A DNA stretch of 63,955 bases, filler included, from Stramenopiles sp. TOSAG23-2 (lineage: Eukaryota), in the NCBI GenBank assembly GCA_900128395.1. It is 3 parts of 3 records of this genome, joined end to end, with 100 filler letters (N's around TTAATTAATTAA, not from the genome) between each part and the next. Parts side by side here need not be neighbours in the genome. Positions count along the whole stretch, not along the records: positions 1 to 21,383 come from LT649537.1; positions 21,484 to 42,829 come from LT649538.1; 1 more part is not named here. One strand, given 5' to 3'. The position numbers and the translations under genes are program-made. The notes beneath the pieces were generated by a model, which was given only the letters and a program-made list of their open reading frames with translations, made no database searches and was not told where the DNA came from. This document shows, piece by piece, positions 11,126 through 22,416 of this stretch (positions are counted from its first letter, which is position 1; the number at the start of each line of letters is the position of its first letter).

Positions 11126-12004
11126 ATGTTTATCACAAGAAATGCAATGTCACCAATCATTGCAAAACAAATATTAAACAGACGTATTGCATTTATAAGT
11201 AATAATAATTCATTAAAATTTCAATGTAATAATAATAATAATTTTTATCATGTAAATGTCAATAATAAAATTGATACATTATTAAATAATGAAGATGTAC
11301 CATATATTGTATTTTCTTCTAATAATCAAAAAGATCATGATCTATCGTCTTTGCCATCTAAGTATATTGTATTTCCAGGTTCATTTAATCCATTGCATCA
11401 AGGACATGAAGGATTAGCTGATGTTGTACAAAATTATGTCCAGAAAAATAAAACCTCTTCAAGTAATAATGAAGAAGTACCAGTTTTTTTTGAAATATCT
11501 GCTATGCATCCTGATAAAGGTTTATTGGAAAAACAAGATTTATTAAAACGTATTGATCAATTTATAAAAAAAGATAAAAATGTAATTATTTCACGTGCAC
11601 CACTTTATGTTGATAAAGCACGTAATTATCCAAATAGTATATTAGCTGTTGGTGCAGATACAATGATACGTATTTTAGATCCAAAATATCAAAAAGATTT
11701 ACTTGATAAAGATAAAATTAATTCTATGATTAATGATTTAAAAATCATGTTGAATCATAATGTTTCATTTATTGTAGCTGGTAGAAAGGATAATAAAACA
11801 AATGAATATTTAACATGTAATAATATTATTAACAACAGTAAGAAATTAAATATATCATCAAAATTATTATCAATATTTGAAGAATTACCTGAAGAAGAAT
11901 TTCGTGTTGATATATCATCTACTGAAATACGAGCCAGACGACTATTAGCAAAAGAAGAAAAAGAACAAAAGGAACATAATAAAAAACAGAATGGTAAACT
12001 TTAA
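11126..12004 (+). CDS. HxGH nucleotidyltransferase (NMNAT/cytidylyltransferase-like), possibly organelle-targeted
   Basis: FPGSFNPLHQGH, VGADT, ISSTEIR; basic, acid-poor N-terminus. Confidence 0.8.
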   Translation: MFITRNAMSPIIAKQILNRRIAFISNNNSLKFQCNNNNNFYHVNVNNKIDTLLNNEDVPYIVFSSNNQKDHDLSSLPSKYIVFPGSFNPLHQGHEGLADVVQNYVQKNKTSSSNNEEVPVFFEISAMHPDKGLLEKQDLLKRIDQFIKKDKNVIISRAPLYVDKARNYPNSILAVGADTMIRILDPKYQKDLLDKDKINSMINDLKIMLNHNVSFIVAGRKDNKTNEYLTCNNIINNSKKLNISSKLLSIFEELPEEEFRVDISSTEIRARRLLAKEEKEQKEHNKKQNGKL

Positions 12005-12199
12005 AGAAATAAAATATCATATATGATTCGGGGTGCGAAGTATCATCATCATAGACAGGTGTCGTGATCCCCCTGATAATATTTTTTTATTATTAAAATA
12101 CAACATACATATACAAATTTGTATGTATATATATATATATATATTATTATAATATTAAAAATATTGGCACACTCTGTGGATTTCAATGAACTCTATCGC

Positions 12200-12305
12200 A
12201 ATGTTACGATTCATTGTCCATCTTTCAGTTTAGTGAGATAGATATTATTGTCTCAGTTATTGTATTCTTTCTGGGAGTAGGAATTATCATGTGAGTAAAT
12301 TAAAA
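12200..12305 (-). repeat. Convergent-spacer dispersed element (fuller copy; mirrored at ~21298-21383)
   Basis: ATGTTACGATTCATTGTCCATCTTTCAGTTTAGTGAGATAGATATTATTGTCTCAGTTATTGTATTCTTTCTGGGAGTAGGAATTATCATGTGAGTAAATT. Confidence 0.85.
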
Positions 12306-12388
12306 TATACGACACGTAAGATATATAATATACATATATATGCAAAATTAATTAATTAATATTTTAAAAATATTATATATATATAAAT

Positions 12389-13570
12389 TCAAACCAATTT
12401 TAAAAACTTTAACCAATTTCTTACTAAATGAAATTCACCAATTCGTGTACGAACACTACGTCGTGGAGATCTACTAGCTGCTGATTGTGCCAATACTTTT
12501 AAATAATCAACTTGTTGATCCCAAGATAAATCAATATCATCTGAAAATAATGTTTTAAAATGGATAGATTCATATGTTGTTACATTTTTGGATATTAAAT
12601 AAATTTGTTTCGATAATAAACCAATAATACCAAAGAAACAGATAAATACATATAAAAAAATTGCAAATTCATACGTTGATCTATTTTCATGGTATAAACG
12701 AGAAAAATTGTAGTAATCATAATTTCGTATTTTATGATTTTGATTATTACCAATAAGATCCATTAAAAAATATGAAAACAAAAATGTTCCGATTGACATT
12801 AATATCAAAAACAATAAAAACCATCGATGATTTCCAAAACCAATTGGTTTTGAAATCCAAATGCAAAAATGATCATATCGCTTTATTGGCATATTTGTTA
12901 TTCTACAATATTTCAATCGATAATCTTTATGCACTAAATAATAATTACGCAACGATCGTGCATCTGTTCCTCGTGGTGGATTTACACCTTCTACTTTACC
13001 AGGATCAGTTATTTGCAAAAAAATTGAAACAATAATTAATGAAATACATAATAAATCACAAATTATTGTTCCAAATGAAAAATTAATATTGTCTTGCATT
13101 GAGTTGTCATTATTTTCCACGCCCTTTCCTACTAAGATCTTGAAACGCAATACGTAATAATATTCTTTCATAGCATAATATATAGACCAATATGTCCAGC
13201 ATAATAAAAATTTTGAACGTGAATGTTTTACATTATTCATATTGATTATTGAAGTACGAATAATATATATAATTAAAAAAAATATAGATATTATTGTGAC
13301 ATTGAATGAAAAAGTTGCGATGAAAAATATTAAATTGTATATAATTGGAACAAGGAAAAGATATATAGATACCTTTTTTGCACCACCTGGCCATGGAATA
13401 CGTACACGATCAGCCATATCATTTAACATCATATCCCATTCACTTTCAGGTATGTTTTCCCCATTAAACATTTTATCAAAAGATTCGTCTACTTTATCAC
13501 ATTCACAAAAACATTGGAGTACATTTCTTGTTCTATTTTTGGAATTTTTATACTCGCAACAATTCGCCAT
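12389..13570 (-). CDS. ZDHHC23-like protein S-acyltransferase family member (DHFC variant)
   Basis: N-terminal CCEY...CFCEC...DRVRIPWPGGAKKV resembles ZDHHC23; TDPG, YDHFCIWI...IGFGNHRWF and NVTTYE motifs. Confidence 0.85.
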   Translation of the reverse strand: MANCCEYKNSKNRTRNVLQCFCECDKVDESFDKMFNGENIPESEWDMMLNDMADRVRIPWPGGAKKVSIYLFLVPIIYNLIFFIATFSFNVTIISIFFLIIYIIRTSIINMNNVKHSRSKFLLCWTYWSIYYAMKEYYYVLRFKILVGKGVENNDNSMQDNINFSFGTIICDLLCISLIIVSIFLQITDPGKVEGVNPPRGTDARSLRNYYLVHKDYRLKYCRITNMPIKRYDHFCIWISKPIGFGNHRWFLLFLILMSIGTFLFSYFLMDLIGNNQNHKIRNYDYYNFSRLYHENRSTYEFAIFLYVFICFFGIIGLLSKQIYLISKNVTTYESIHFKTLFSDDIDLSWDQQVDYLKVLAQSAASRSPRRSVRTRIGEFHLVRNWLKFLKLV

Positions 13571-13902
13571 GGGGGAAAAGGTTGCTGTGGTATATTTATG
13601 TTTGTGTGTGTGGTAGGGTAAGAGGAGTGTGAATCTCTATCTATCTATTCTGTGTTTCTACATATTTCTATGTCTTCGTTCATCATTGTTCATTCATTAA
13701 TTATTTATTATTTGTTCATCAATTTTTAATTTTTATACTTTATTATTTTTCGTAACAACATATAACATACAGAGGTAGAAGTATAGTGCCTGGAGTCAAA
13801 AAGAAAAGAGGTGACTCTTAGTGGTAAGACCATGTAATTTCCATACGCCAAAAGTTCTTTTTGCTGGAGTGCTCCAGTATTATAGTGGTAATAATTTATG
13901 AC

Positions 13903-14005
13903 GATTTCCAGATGATTTCTGGATTTCCAGGATGATAGATTTTTATAGATTTCTGGATTTCCAGGATTTATAGATTTCAGGATTTCCAATTTCCACATTT
14001 CCACC
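13903..14005. repeat. Degenerate GATTTCCAG(G) array in a divergent promoter region
   Basis: GATTTCCAGATGATTTCTGGATTTCCAGGAT...GATTTCTGGATTTCCAGGATTT...GATTTCCAATTTCCACATTTCCA. Confidence 0.8.
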
Positions 14006-14220
14006 AAGGTTAAGGTGCCGCCACCACAAGAATAAAGGAGAGATTTAGAAGATGGATTTCAAATTATTATTTCAGCACAACAATCAAAAAAGATATACAA
14101 GTTGTAATGTAAGTATGTATCATAATAAACTAACCAATATGTAATACAATCTGTGGATGGATATGTATATATATATATATACATATATATATGTGTATAT
14201 TTGAAACAATAAAAACGACA

Positions 14221-16010
14221 ATGAAATTCATATTAATATTAATTGGAATATTAACAATTTTCGCAACAACTGCATATGCAAAACCAAATATTGTATTCAT
14301 CTTGGCAGATGATCTAGGGTGGAATGATGTGTCTTTTCACGGGAATTCACAAATACCAACACCAAATATTGATTCTATTGGTGCAAATGGGGCATATTTA
14401 AATAATTATTATGTTCAACCAGTATGCAGTCCAACTCGTGCTACATTATTGACTGGTAGGTCAGTAATTCGAACGGGTGTTTATGATCCAAATTTATCCG
14501 GGAATGCAGCAGATTTATCAAAAAATTTTACACTTTTTCCACAATATTTAAAACAAATTGGATATGATACACAGTAAGTAAATTCTATTCCCCTAAACTT
14601 AAAAAAGGATATCCTCTCTAACACATCACTCATCCATACGCTACGCTCCACAGTATGGTTGGTAAATGGCATTTAGGGGAAAGTAGCTATAAATATACCC
14701 CACTTGCTAGAGGATTCGATACATATAGCATTGGTTACTTAGGTGGTGCTGAAGATTATTTTCGACATGGAAATGGAAGAATATTGGATTTTTGGAATGG
14801 AACAAATTATACATATGAATATAGTTGTGAAAATAAAGATAATTGTCCATTAAATAAATATTCTTCAAATATATTTACAGATGCGGCAGTTAAAATTTTA
14901 TCAAAATATAGTGTAAACGGTGAAAAAAAAGAAGATGAACAGGAAAAAGCGCCTTTCTTTTTATACCTCCCGATGCAATCCGTTCATGCACCATTGGAAG
15001 CACCACAAGATTACATTGACTCATTTAAAGATACCGTATCAAATGATAAACGCCGTATATTTGCTGCTATGGTAAAATTATTAGATGAAAGTGTTGGAAA
15101 TGTGACGAAAGCATTATCGGATTTTGGATTGTTGGAAGACACAATAATTATTTTTAGCACCGACAATGGTGGACCTGCCGATTTTTTTAACAAAAATATG
15201 GCAAGCAATTGGCCTTTGAGAGGAATGAAGCGTACATTGTTTGAAGGAGGTGTTAGAGGTGTTGGTGCAATAAGAGGGCCTGGAATAAACCATAAGGGCG
15301 CATGGTTGAACGAATTAGTACATGTTGCTGACTTTTTGCCATCTCTATTGGCACACGTCTCCTCTAGTAACGATTTAGAAGAAGCGTTTGGAATCGATTT
15401 ATTACCTGGTGATGGTATGAATGTATGGGATTATCTTTCCGGTAAAAATAACACGTCGCCACGTACATATATATTACATGAAGCGCATCCGGAAGGGTCG
15501 AAAGATGGAAATGGCGCAGCATTAAGAGTTGGTGATTATAAAGTTGTATTGCGTAGTGGTAGTAGTTGGAGTACTGGATGTAAAATTAATACAAACGATG
15601 GATGGTATGGTGGAATTGGTTCCAGTGATCCAGATATAGAAGGCCCATACAGTTTACCGACTGGTAAAAAAACACAACCATATACAGTGAAATGTCCACC
15701 ACCACCATCTGATATAAAAAAAGGTTTTGCATGCGAACAAGGTGGTCTTGGCAAGCAAACAATTGAACATGCATGTTTGTTCAATATAAAAGATGATCCA
15801 TGCGAGCATCATGATTTATCAAAAAGTGCAGATCATAAATCAATATTGGATGATCTTTGGAATCAATTGAAATTGTTTCGAGAAATTGCTGTAGATAGTA
15901 AGATTAATAAAAGTCCAGATGGACCAAATTGTCCGAACTTTGTAAAATGTGATGCTGGAGAAAAATGTAATGGTATGTCTGGAGTAAATGTACCATGTGG
16001 TATGCCATAA
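14221..16010 (+). CDS. Arylsulfatase (ARSB/I/J-like), 2 exons: 14221-14573 and 14654-16010
   Basis: Signal peptide, PNIVFILADDLG, CSPTRATLLTGR (CxPxR). Splicing restores GYDTHMVGKWHLG; also STDNGG and FEGGVR. Confidence 0.95.
14574..14653 (+). other. Spliceosomal intron (80 bp)
   Basis: GTAAGT donor, CTCTAAC branch point, CAG acceptor; restores the sulfatase motif. Confidence 0.92.
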
Positions 16011-16168
16011 AAATTATCATATGATACGAAAGTATAAATTAGAAACTCAACAATTGTACGAAGATTGTAAAAAAATATTTTACGAAGAGTATAAAATATT
16101 TTTTATTATTCGTATATACATATATATAAAATATTTTTGCAAAAGTAGGTGTAAAAAAAATATAATTT

Positions 16169-16776
16169 TTATTTATACATACGTTTATAATATGCTCCAC
16201 TAGATTTCTTTTTTCTTCCTTGTATTGTACTCATTTTCTTGGACAAACGATTCATCTGTAATGAAGTTGAAGGAATTTTTTTTGACTTTTTGGTTTTTTT
16301 TGCAGCTAATGAGGATGTCATTCTATTATTACGATAATTTGTTTTTTTTTTACGTGTGACAAATTCTGAAAAAGATGGTTCTGATGAATCAAATGGATTT
16401 TTATCTTCATTTCGTCTTCTCCATTTTTTCATTTTAGAATCGTTCATTACACTATTTTTATGATATTTACCAATTTCTTTATTCATATTATTGGAATTCT
16501 TTTTCTTTTTCAAACCAACACTAAAATCAACATTAATTCCCAATCCTAATTTACTTAAACTTATATTTGATATTTGAACTTTTTCATAATCACTTTCTTC
16601 TTCCATTGCCACTTGTTTCTCATTATTATTATCAATACTTCTATATTTTCTTGCCACTTTGACATCATTTAATTTTGCTGAGGAAGATATAGATCTTGAT
16701 GGTGGCGGCAACGCAGATTGAAACAATGCTTTGTTGTTGTTTCGTTTATTATTCTTATCATTATCATCTGTTGGAC
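16169..16776 (-). CDS. Lys/Ser-rich hypothetical protein, terminal exon only (5' part lost at the fold-back)
   Basis: Open frame from a possible AG acceptor at ~16777 to TAA at 16169; no upstream exon is present. Confidence 0.5.
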
Positions 16777-16828
16777 CTATATATTAACGATGAATAGTCT
16801 AGAAATCTAAAATATTTAAAAATGATAA

Positions 16829-17434
16829 CCAACAGATGATAATGATAAGAATAATAAACGAAACAACAACAAAGCATTGTTTCAATCTGCGTTGCCGCCA
16901 CCATCAAGATCTATATCTTCCTCAGCAAAATTAAATGATGTCAAAGTGGCAAGAAAATATAGAAGTATTGATAATAATAATGAGAAACAAGTGGCAATGG
17001 AAGAAGAAAGTGATTATGAAAAAGTTCAAATATCAAATATAAGTTTAAGTAAATTAGGATTGGGAATTAATGTTGATTTTAGTGTTGGTTTGAAAAAGAA
17101 AAAGAATTCCAATAATATGAATAAAGAAATTGGTAAATATCATAAAAATAGTGTAATGAACGATTCTAAAATGAAAAAATGGAGAAGACGAAATGAAGAT
17201 AAAAATCCATTTGATTCATCAGAACCATCTTTTTCAGAATTTGTCACACGTAAAAAAAAAACAAATTATCGTAATAATAGAATGACATCCTCATTAGCTG
17301 CAAAAAAAACCAAAAAGTCAAAAAAAATTCCTTCAACTTCATTACAGATGAATCGTTTGTCCAAGAAAATGAGTACAATACAAGGAAGAAAAAAGAAATC
17401 TAGTGGAGCATATTATAAACGTATGTATAAATAA
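16829..17434 (+). CDS. Mirror copy of the Lys/Ser-rich fragment (probably artefactual)
   Basis: Identical translation in the right arm; in-frame TAA immediately before the junction. Confidence 0.3.
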   Translation, partial: PTDDNDKNNKRNNNKALFQSALPPPSRSISSSAKLNDVKVARKYRSIDNNNEKQVAMEEESDYEKVQISNISLSKLGLGINVDFSVGLKKKKNSNNMNKEIGKYHKNSVMNDSKMKKWRRRNEDKNPFDSSEPSFSEFVTRKKKTNYRNNRMTSSLAAKKTKKSKKIPSTSLQMNRLSKKMSTIQGRKKKSSGAYYKRMYK

Positions 17435-17592
17435 AAATTATATTTTTTTTACACCTACTTTTGCAAAAATATTTTATATATATGTATATACGAATAATAA
17501 AAAATATTTTATACTCTTCGTAAAATATTTTTTTACAATCTTCGTACAATTGTTGAGTTTCTAATTTATACTTTCGTATCATATGATAATTT

Positions 17593-19382
17593 TTATGGCA
17601 TACCACATGGTACATTTACTCCAGACATACCATTACATTTTTCTCCAGCATCACATTTTACAAAGTTCGGACAATTTGGTCCATCTGGACTTTTATTAAT
17701 CTTACTATCTACAGCAATTTCTCGAAACAATTTCAATTGATTCCAAAGATCATCCAATATTGATTTATGATCTGCACTTTTTGATAAATCATGATGCTCG
17801 CATGGATCATCTTTTATATTGAACAAACATGCATGTTCAATTGTTTGCTTGCCAAGACCACCTTGTTCGCATGCAAAACCTTTTTTTATATCAGATGGTG
17901 GTGGTGGACATTTCACTGTATATGGTTGTGTTTTTTTACCAGTCGGTAAACTGTATGGGCCTTCTATATCTGGATCACTGGAACCAATTCCACCATACCA
18001 TCCATCGTTTGTATTAATTTTACATCCAGTACTCCAACTACTACCACTACGCAATACAACTTTATAATCACCAACTCTTAATGCTGCGCCATTTCCATCT
18101 TTCGACCCTTCCGGATGCGCTTCATGTAATATATATGTACGTGGCGACGTGTTATTTTTACCGGAAAGATAATCCCATACATTCATACCATCACCAGGTA
18201 ATAAATCGATTCCAAACGCTTCTTCTAAATCGTTACTAGAGGAGACGTGTGCCAATAGAGATGGCAAAAAGTCAGCAACATGTACTAATTCGTTCAACCA
18301 TGCGCCCTTATGGTTTATTCCAGGCCCTCTTATTGCACCAACACCTCTAACACCTCCTTCAAACAATGTACGCTTCATTCCTCTCAAAGGCCAATTGCTT
18401 GCCATATTTTTGTTAAAAAAATCGGCAGGTCCACCATTGTCGGTGCTAAAAATAATTATTGTGTCTTCCAACAATCCAAAATCCGATAATGCTTTCGTCA
18501 CATTTCCAACACTTTCATCTAATAATTTTACCATAGCAGCAAATATACGGCGTTTATCATTTGATACGGTATCTTTAAATGAGTCAATGTAATCTTGTGG
18601 TGCTTCCAATGGTGCATGAACGGATTGCATCGGGAGGTATAAAAAGAAAGGCGCTTTTTCCTGTTCATCTTCTTTTTTTTCACCGTTTACACTATATTTT
18701 GATAAAATTTTAACTGCCGCATCTGTAAATATATTTGAAGAATATTTATTTAATGGACAATTATCTTTATTTTCACAACTATATTCATATGTATAATTTG
18801 TTCCATTCCAAAAATCCAATATTCTTCCATTTCCATGTCGAAAATAATCTTCAGCACCACCTAAGTAACCAATGCTATATGTATCGAATCCTCTAGCAAG
18901 TGGGGTATATTTATAGCTACTTTCCCCTAAATGCCATTTACCAACCATACTGTGGAGCGTAGCGTATGGATGAGTGATGTGTTAGAGAGGATATCCTTTT
19001 TTAAGTTTAGGGGAATAGAATTTACTTACTGTGTATCATATCCAATTTGTTTTAAATATTGTGGAAAAAGTGTAAAATTTTTTGATAAATCTGCTGCATT
19101 CCCGGATAAATTTGGATCATAAACACCCGTTCGAATTACTGACCTACCAGTCAATAATGTAGCACGAGTTGGACTGCATACTGGTTGAACATAATAATTA
19201 TTTAAATATGCCCCATTTGCACCAATAGAATCAATATTTGGTGTTGGTATTTGTGAATTCCCGTGAAAAGACACATCATTCCACCCTAGATCATCTGCCA
19301 AGATGAATACAATATTTGGTTTTGCATATGCAGTTGTTGCGAAAATTGTTAATATTCCAATTAATATTAATATGAATTTCAT
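17593..19382 (-). CDS. Mirror copy of the arylsulfatase (probably artefactual duplicate)
   Basis: Identical translation to 14221-16010. Confidence 0.5.
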
Positions 19383-20032
19383 TGTCGTTTTTATTGTTTC
19401 AAATATACACATATATATATGTATATATATATATATACATATCCATCCACAGATTGTATTACATATTGGTTAGTTTATTATGATACATACTTACATTACA
19501 ACTTGTATATCTTTTTTGATTGTTGTGCTGAAATAATAATTTGAAATCCATCTTCTAAATCTCTCCTTTATTCTTGTGGTGGCGGCACCTTAACCTTGGT
19601 GGAAATGTGGAAATTGGAAATCCTGAAATCTATAAATCCTGGAAATCCAGAAATCTATAAAAATCTATCATCCTGGAAATCCAGAAATCATCTGGAAATC
19701 GTCATAAATTATTACCACTATAATACTGGAGCACTCCAGCAAAAAGAACTTTTGGCGTATGGAAATTACATGGTCTTACCACTAAGAGTCACCTCTTTTC
19801 TTTTTGACTCCAGGCACTATACTTCTACCTCTGTATGTTATATGTTGTTACGAAAAATAATAAAGTATAAAAATTAAAAATTGATGAACAAATAATAAAT
19901 AATTAATGAATGAACAATGATGAACGAAGACATAGAAATATGTAGAAACACAGAATAGATAGATAGAGATTCACACTCCTCTTACCCTACCACACACACA
20001 AACATAAATATACCACAGCAACCTTTTCCCCC

Positions 20033-21214
20033 ATGGCGAATTGTTGCGAGTATAAAAATTCCAAAAATAGAACAAGAAATGTACTCCAATGTTTTTGTGA
20101 ATGTGATAAAGTAGACGAATCTTTTGATAAAATGTTTAATGGGGAAAACATACCTGAAAGTGAATGGGATATGATGTTAAATGATATGGCTGATCGTGTA
20201 CGTATTCCATGGCCAGGTGGTGCAAAAAAGGTATCTATATATCTTTTCCTTGTTCCAATTATATACAATTTAATATTTTTCATCGCAACTTTTTCATTCA
20301 ATGTCACAATAATATCTATATTTTTTTTAATTATATATATTATTCGTACTTCAATAATCAATATGAATAATGTAAAACATTCACGTTCAAAATTTTTATT
20401 ATGCTGGACATATTGGTCTATATATTATGCTATGAAAGAATATTATTACGTATTGCGTTTCAAGATCTTAGTAGGAAAGGGCGTGGAAAATAATGACAAC
20501 TCAATGCAAGACAATATTAATTTTTCATTTGGAACAATAATTTGTGATTTATTATGTATTTCATTAATTATTGTTTCAATTTTTTTGCAAATAACTGATC
20601 CTGGTAAAGTAGAAGGTGTAAATCCACCACGAGGAACAGATGCACGATCGTTGCGTAATTATTATTTAGTGCATAAAGATTATCGATTGAAATATTGTAG
20701 AATAACAAATATGCCAATAAAGCGATATGATCATTTTTGCATTTGGATTTCAAAACCAATTGGTTTTGGAAATCATCGATGGTTTTTATTGTTTTTGATA
20801 TTAATGTCAATCGGAACATTTTTGTTTTCATATTTTTTAATGGATCTTATTGGTAATAATCAAAATCATAAAATACGAAATTATGATTACTACAATTTTT
20901 CTCGTTTATACCATGAAAATAGATCAACGTATGAATTTGCAATTTTTTTATATGTATTTATCTGTTTCTTTGGTATTATTGGTTTATTATCGAAACAAAT
21001 TTATTTAATATCCAAAAATGTAACAACATATGAATCTATCCATTTTAAAACATTATTTTCAGATGATATTGATTTATCTTGGGATCAACAAGTTGATTAT
21101 TTAAAAGTATTGGCACAATCAGCAGCTAGTAGATCTCCACGACGTAGTGTTCGTACACGAATTGGTGAATTTCATTTAGTAAGAAATTGGTTAAAGTTTT
21201 TAAAATTGGTTTGA
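20033..21214 (+). CDS. Mirror copy of the ZDHHC23-like gene (probably artefactual duplicate)
   Basis: Identical translation to 12389-13570. Confidence 0.5.
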   Translation: MANCCEYKNSKNRTRNVLQCFCECDKVDESFDKMFNGENIPESEWDMMLNDMADRVRIPWPGGAKKVSIYLFLVPIIYNLIFFIATFSFNVTIISIFFLIIYIIRTSIINMNNVKHSRSKFLLCWTYWSIYYAMKEYYYVLRFKILVGKGVENNDNSMQDNINFSFGTIICDLLCISLIIVSIFLQITDPGKVEGVNPPRGTDARSLRNYYLVHKDYRLKYCRITNMPIKRYDHFCIWISKPIGFGNHRWFLLFLILMSIGTFLFSYFLMDLIGNNQNHKIRNYDYYNFSRLYHENRSTYEFAIFLYVFICFFGIIGLLSKQIYLISKNVTTYESIHFKTLFSDDIDLSWDQQVDYLKVLAQSAASRSPRRSVRTRIGEFHLVRNWLKFLKLV

Positions 21215-21383
21215 ATTTATATATATATAATATTTTTAAAATATTAATTAATTAATTTTGCATATATATGTATATTATATATCTTACGTGTCGTATATTT
21301 TAATTTACTCACATGATAATTCCTACTCCCAGAAAGAATACAATAACTGAGACAATAATATCTATCTCACTAAACTGAAAGAT

Positions 21384-21483
21384 NNNNNNNNNNNNNNNNN
21401 NNNNNNNNNNNNNNNNNNNNNNNNNNNTTAATTAATTAANNNNNNNNNNNNNNNNNNNNNNNNNNNNNNNNNNNNNNNNNNNN
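21384..21483. other. Artificial contig-joining linker
   Basis: 44 N + TTAATTAATTAA (stops in all six frames) + 44 N. Confidence 0.97.
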
Positions 21484-21696
21484 TCCAGGCGCCTGGACAT
21501 AATAAGAGATTTCCTGGACATAATAGTGGCGGAATCAACAATATGTGCACATCATGTCATGGATTTAAAATTTTTTAAAAATTTAAATATACAACAGACT
21601 GTTGTAGTAATTAAAAAATAAAAAAAGTATTTTTATAAAAGCAGTAGTAAAAATACAACCGTACAAAACAATTATAAGATATCAATATGAACAAAG

Positions 21697-22017
21697 ATGG
21701 AAATTACAAAAGATGAAATGCAGAAAAGAAGTAATATAACGAAGAAGAAACCTGTAAATAATAACAATAATGATAGTAATGACAAGATAAAATCATCAAA
21801 TACTTTTGTTGTTAGTGATGTTTCTGATGGAATAGTTACTTTGGTTTCTAACTGCCTTCATGTATTAGATTTTCCTTTGTCTTTATTGCCTTTTGACGTG
21901 CAAAAAGGCCAGATTTTGCAACTTGACATTAGTCGTGCTGTCGATGTTGAAAAAAGTCGTGTTGAAAGTTTCAAATCGTTGCAAAACGATTTGTTGGTAG
22001 CAAGTATGTCACGATAA
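21697..22017 (+). CDS. Small stand-alone Chs5 N-terminal-domain-like protein
   Basis: FVVSDVSDGIVTLVSNCLHVLDFPLSLLPFDVQKGQILQLDISRAVDVEKSRVESFKSLQNDLL aligns by eye with the yeast Chs5 N-terminus (HVIEFPxxLLPxxVxxGxI...FKSIQxxIL). Confidence 0.7.
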   Translation: MEITKDEMQKRSNITKKKPVNNNNNDSNDKIKSSNTFVVSDVSDGIVTLVSNCLHVLDFPLSLLPFDVQKGQILQLDISRAVDVEKSRVESFKSLQNDLLVASMSR

Positions 22018-22267
22018 TTGGAGGTAATATGATTTTTTTTTCAATTTGTATAATTGAAATAATATAGTGTGTTAATATTCTCATACATATATTATATATA
22101 TTTATAAAAAGAGAATATATACCAATGAATGAAGGTAAAAAATATACCAGAAACATAAAATATTATATATATATATATACTCACACCTTCGCAATGTATT
22201 TATTTATTCTTTTAAATAATTTATCAAAAATATTAGTGTCTTATTTCTATTTAAATCATACTAAAAA

Positions 22268-22410
22268 TTGTTAAAATCTAAGTTATAATTAATTTTACTT
22301 CCCATGCTAAGTAATATGCTCAATACTCAATCTCAAGAATAATATTCTATCCTACTCGTACTATAGTACTAGTAAAGCTCTAATGCACCTCTGCAAACTA
22401 ATACTCTTAT
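22268..22410 (+). repeat. Convergent-spacer dispersed element
   Basis: GTTAAAATCTAAGTTA...TTTTACTTCCC...TATGCTCAATACTCAATCTCAAGAATAATATTCTAT...AAAGCTCTAATGCACCTCTGCAAACTAATACTCT. Confidence 0.9.
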
Positions 22411-22416
22411 TTCTAT

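Larger units (their letters stand above)
12220..21383. repeat. Large inverted duplication: arms 12220-16774 and 16829-21383 (4555 bp each), 54-bp spacer
   Basis: All ORFs are mirrored with identical translations and paired coordinates sum to 33603; the right arm runs to the contig end. Confidence 0.97.

Noticed and set aside
12021-12080. SECIS-like pattern (ATGA-N11-AA...TGA with a GGGG/CCCC stem) after the nucleotidyltransferase gene
   Set aside because: The helix next to the core pairs poorly and the upstream gene has no in-frame TGA to recode.
13903-14005. Interstitial telomeric repeat interpretation
   Set aside because: The unit GATTTCCAG is irregular and does not match TTAGGG/TTTAGGG-type repeats.
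21428-21439. TTAATTAATTAA palindrome inside N runs (also 42874-42885)
   Set aside because: Synthetic all-frame-stop linker; genes across it are not true neighbours.
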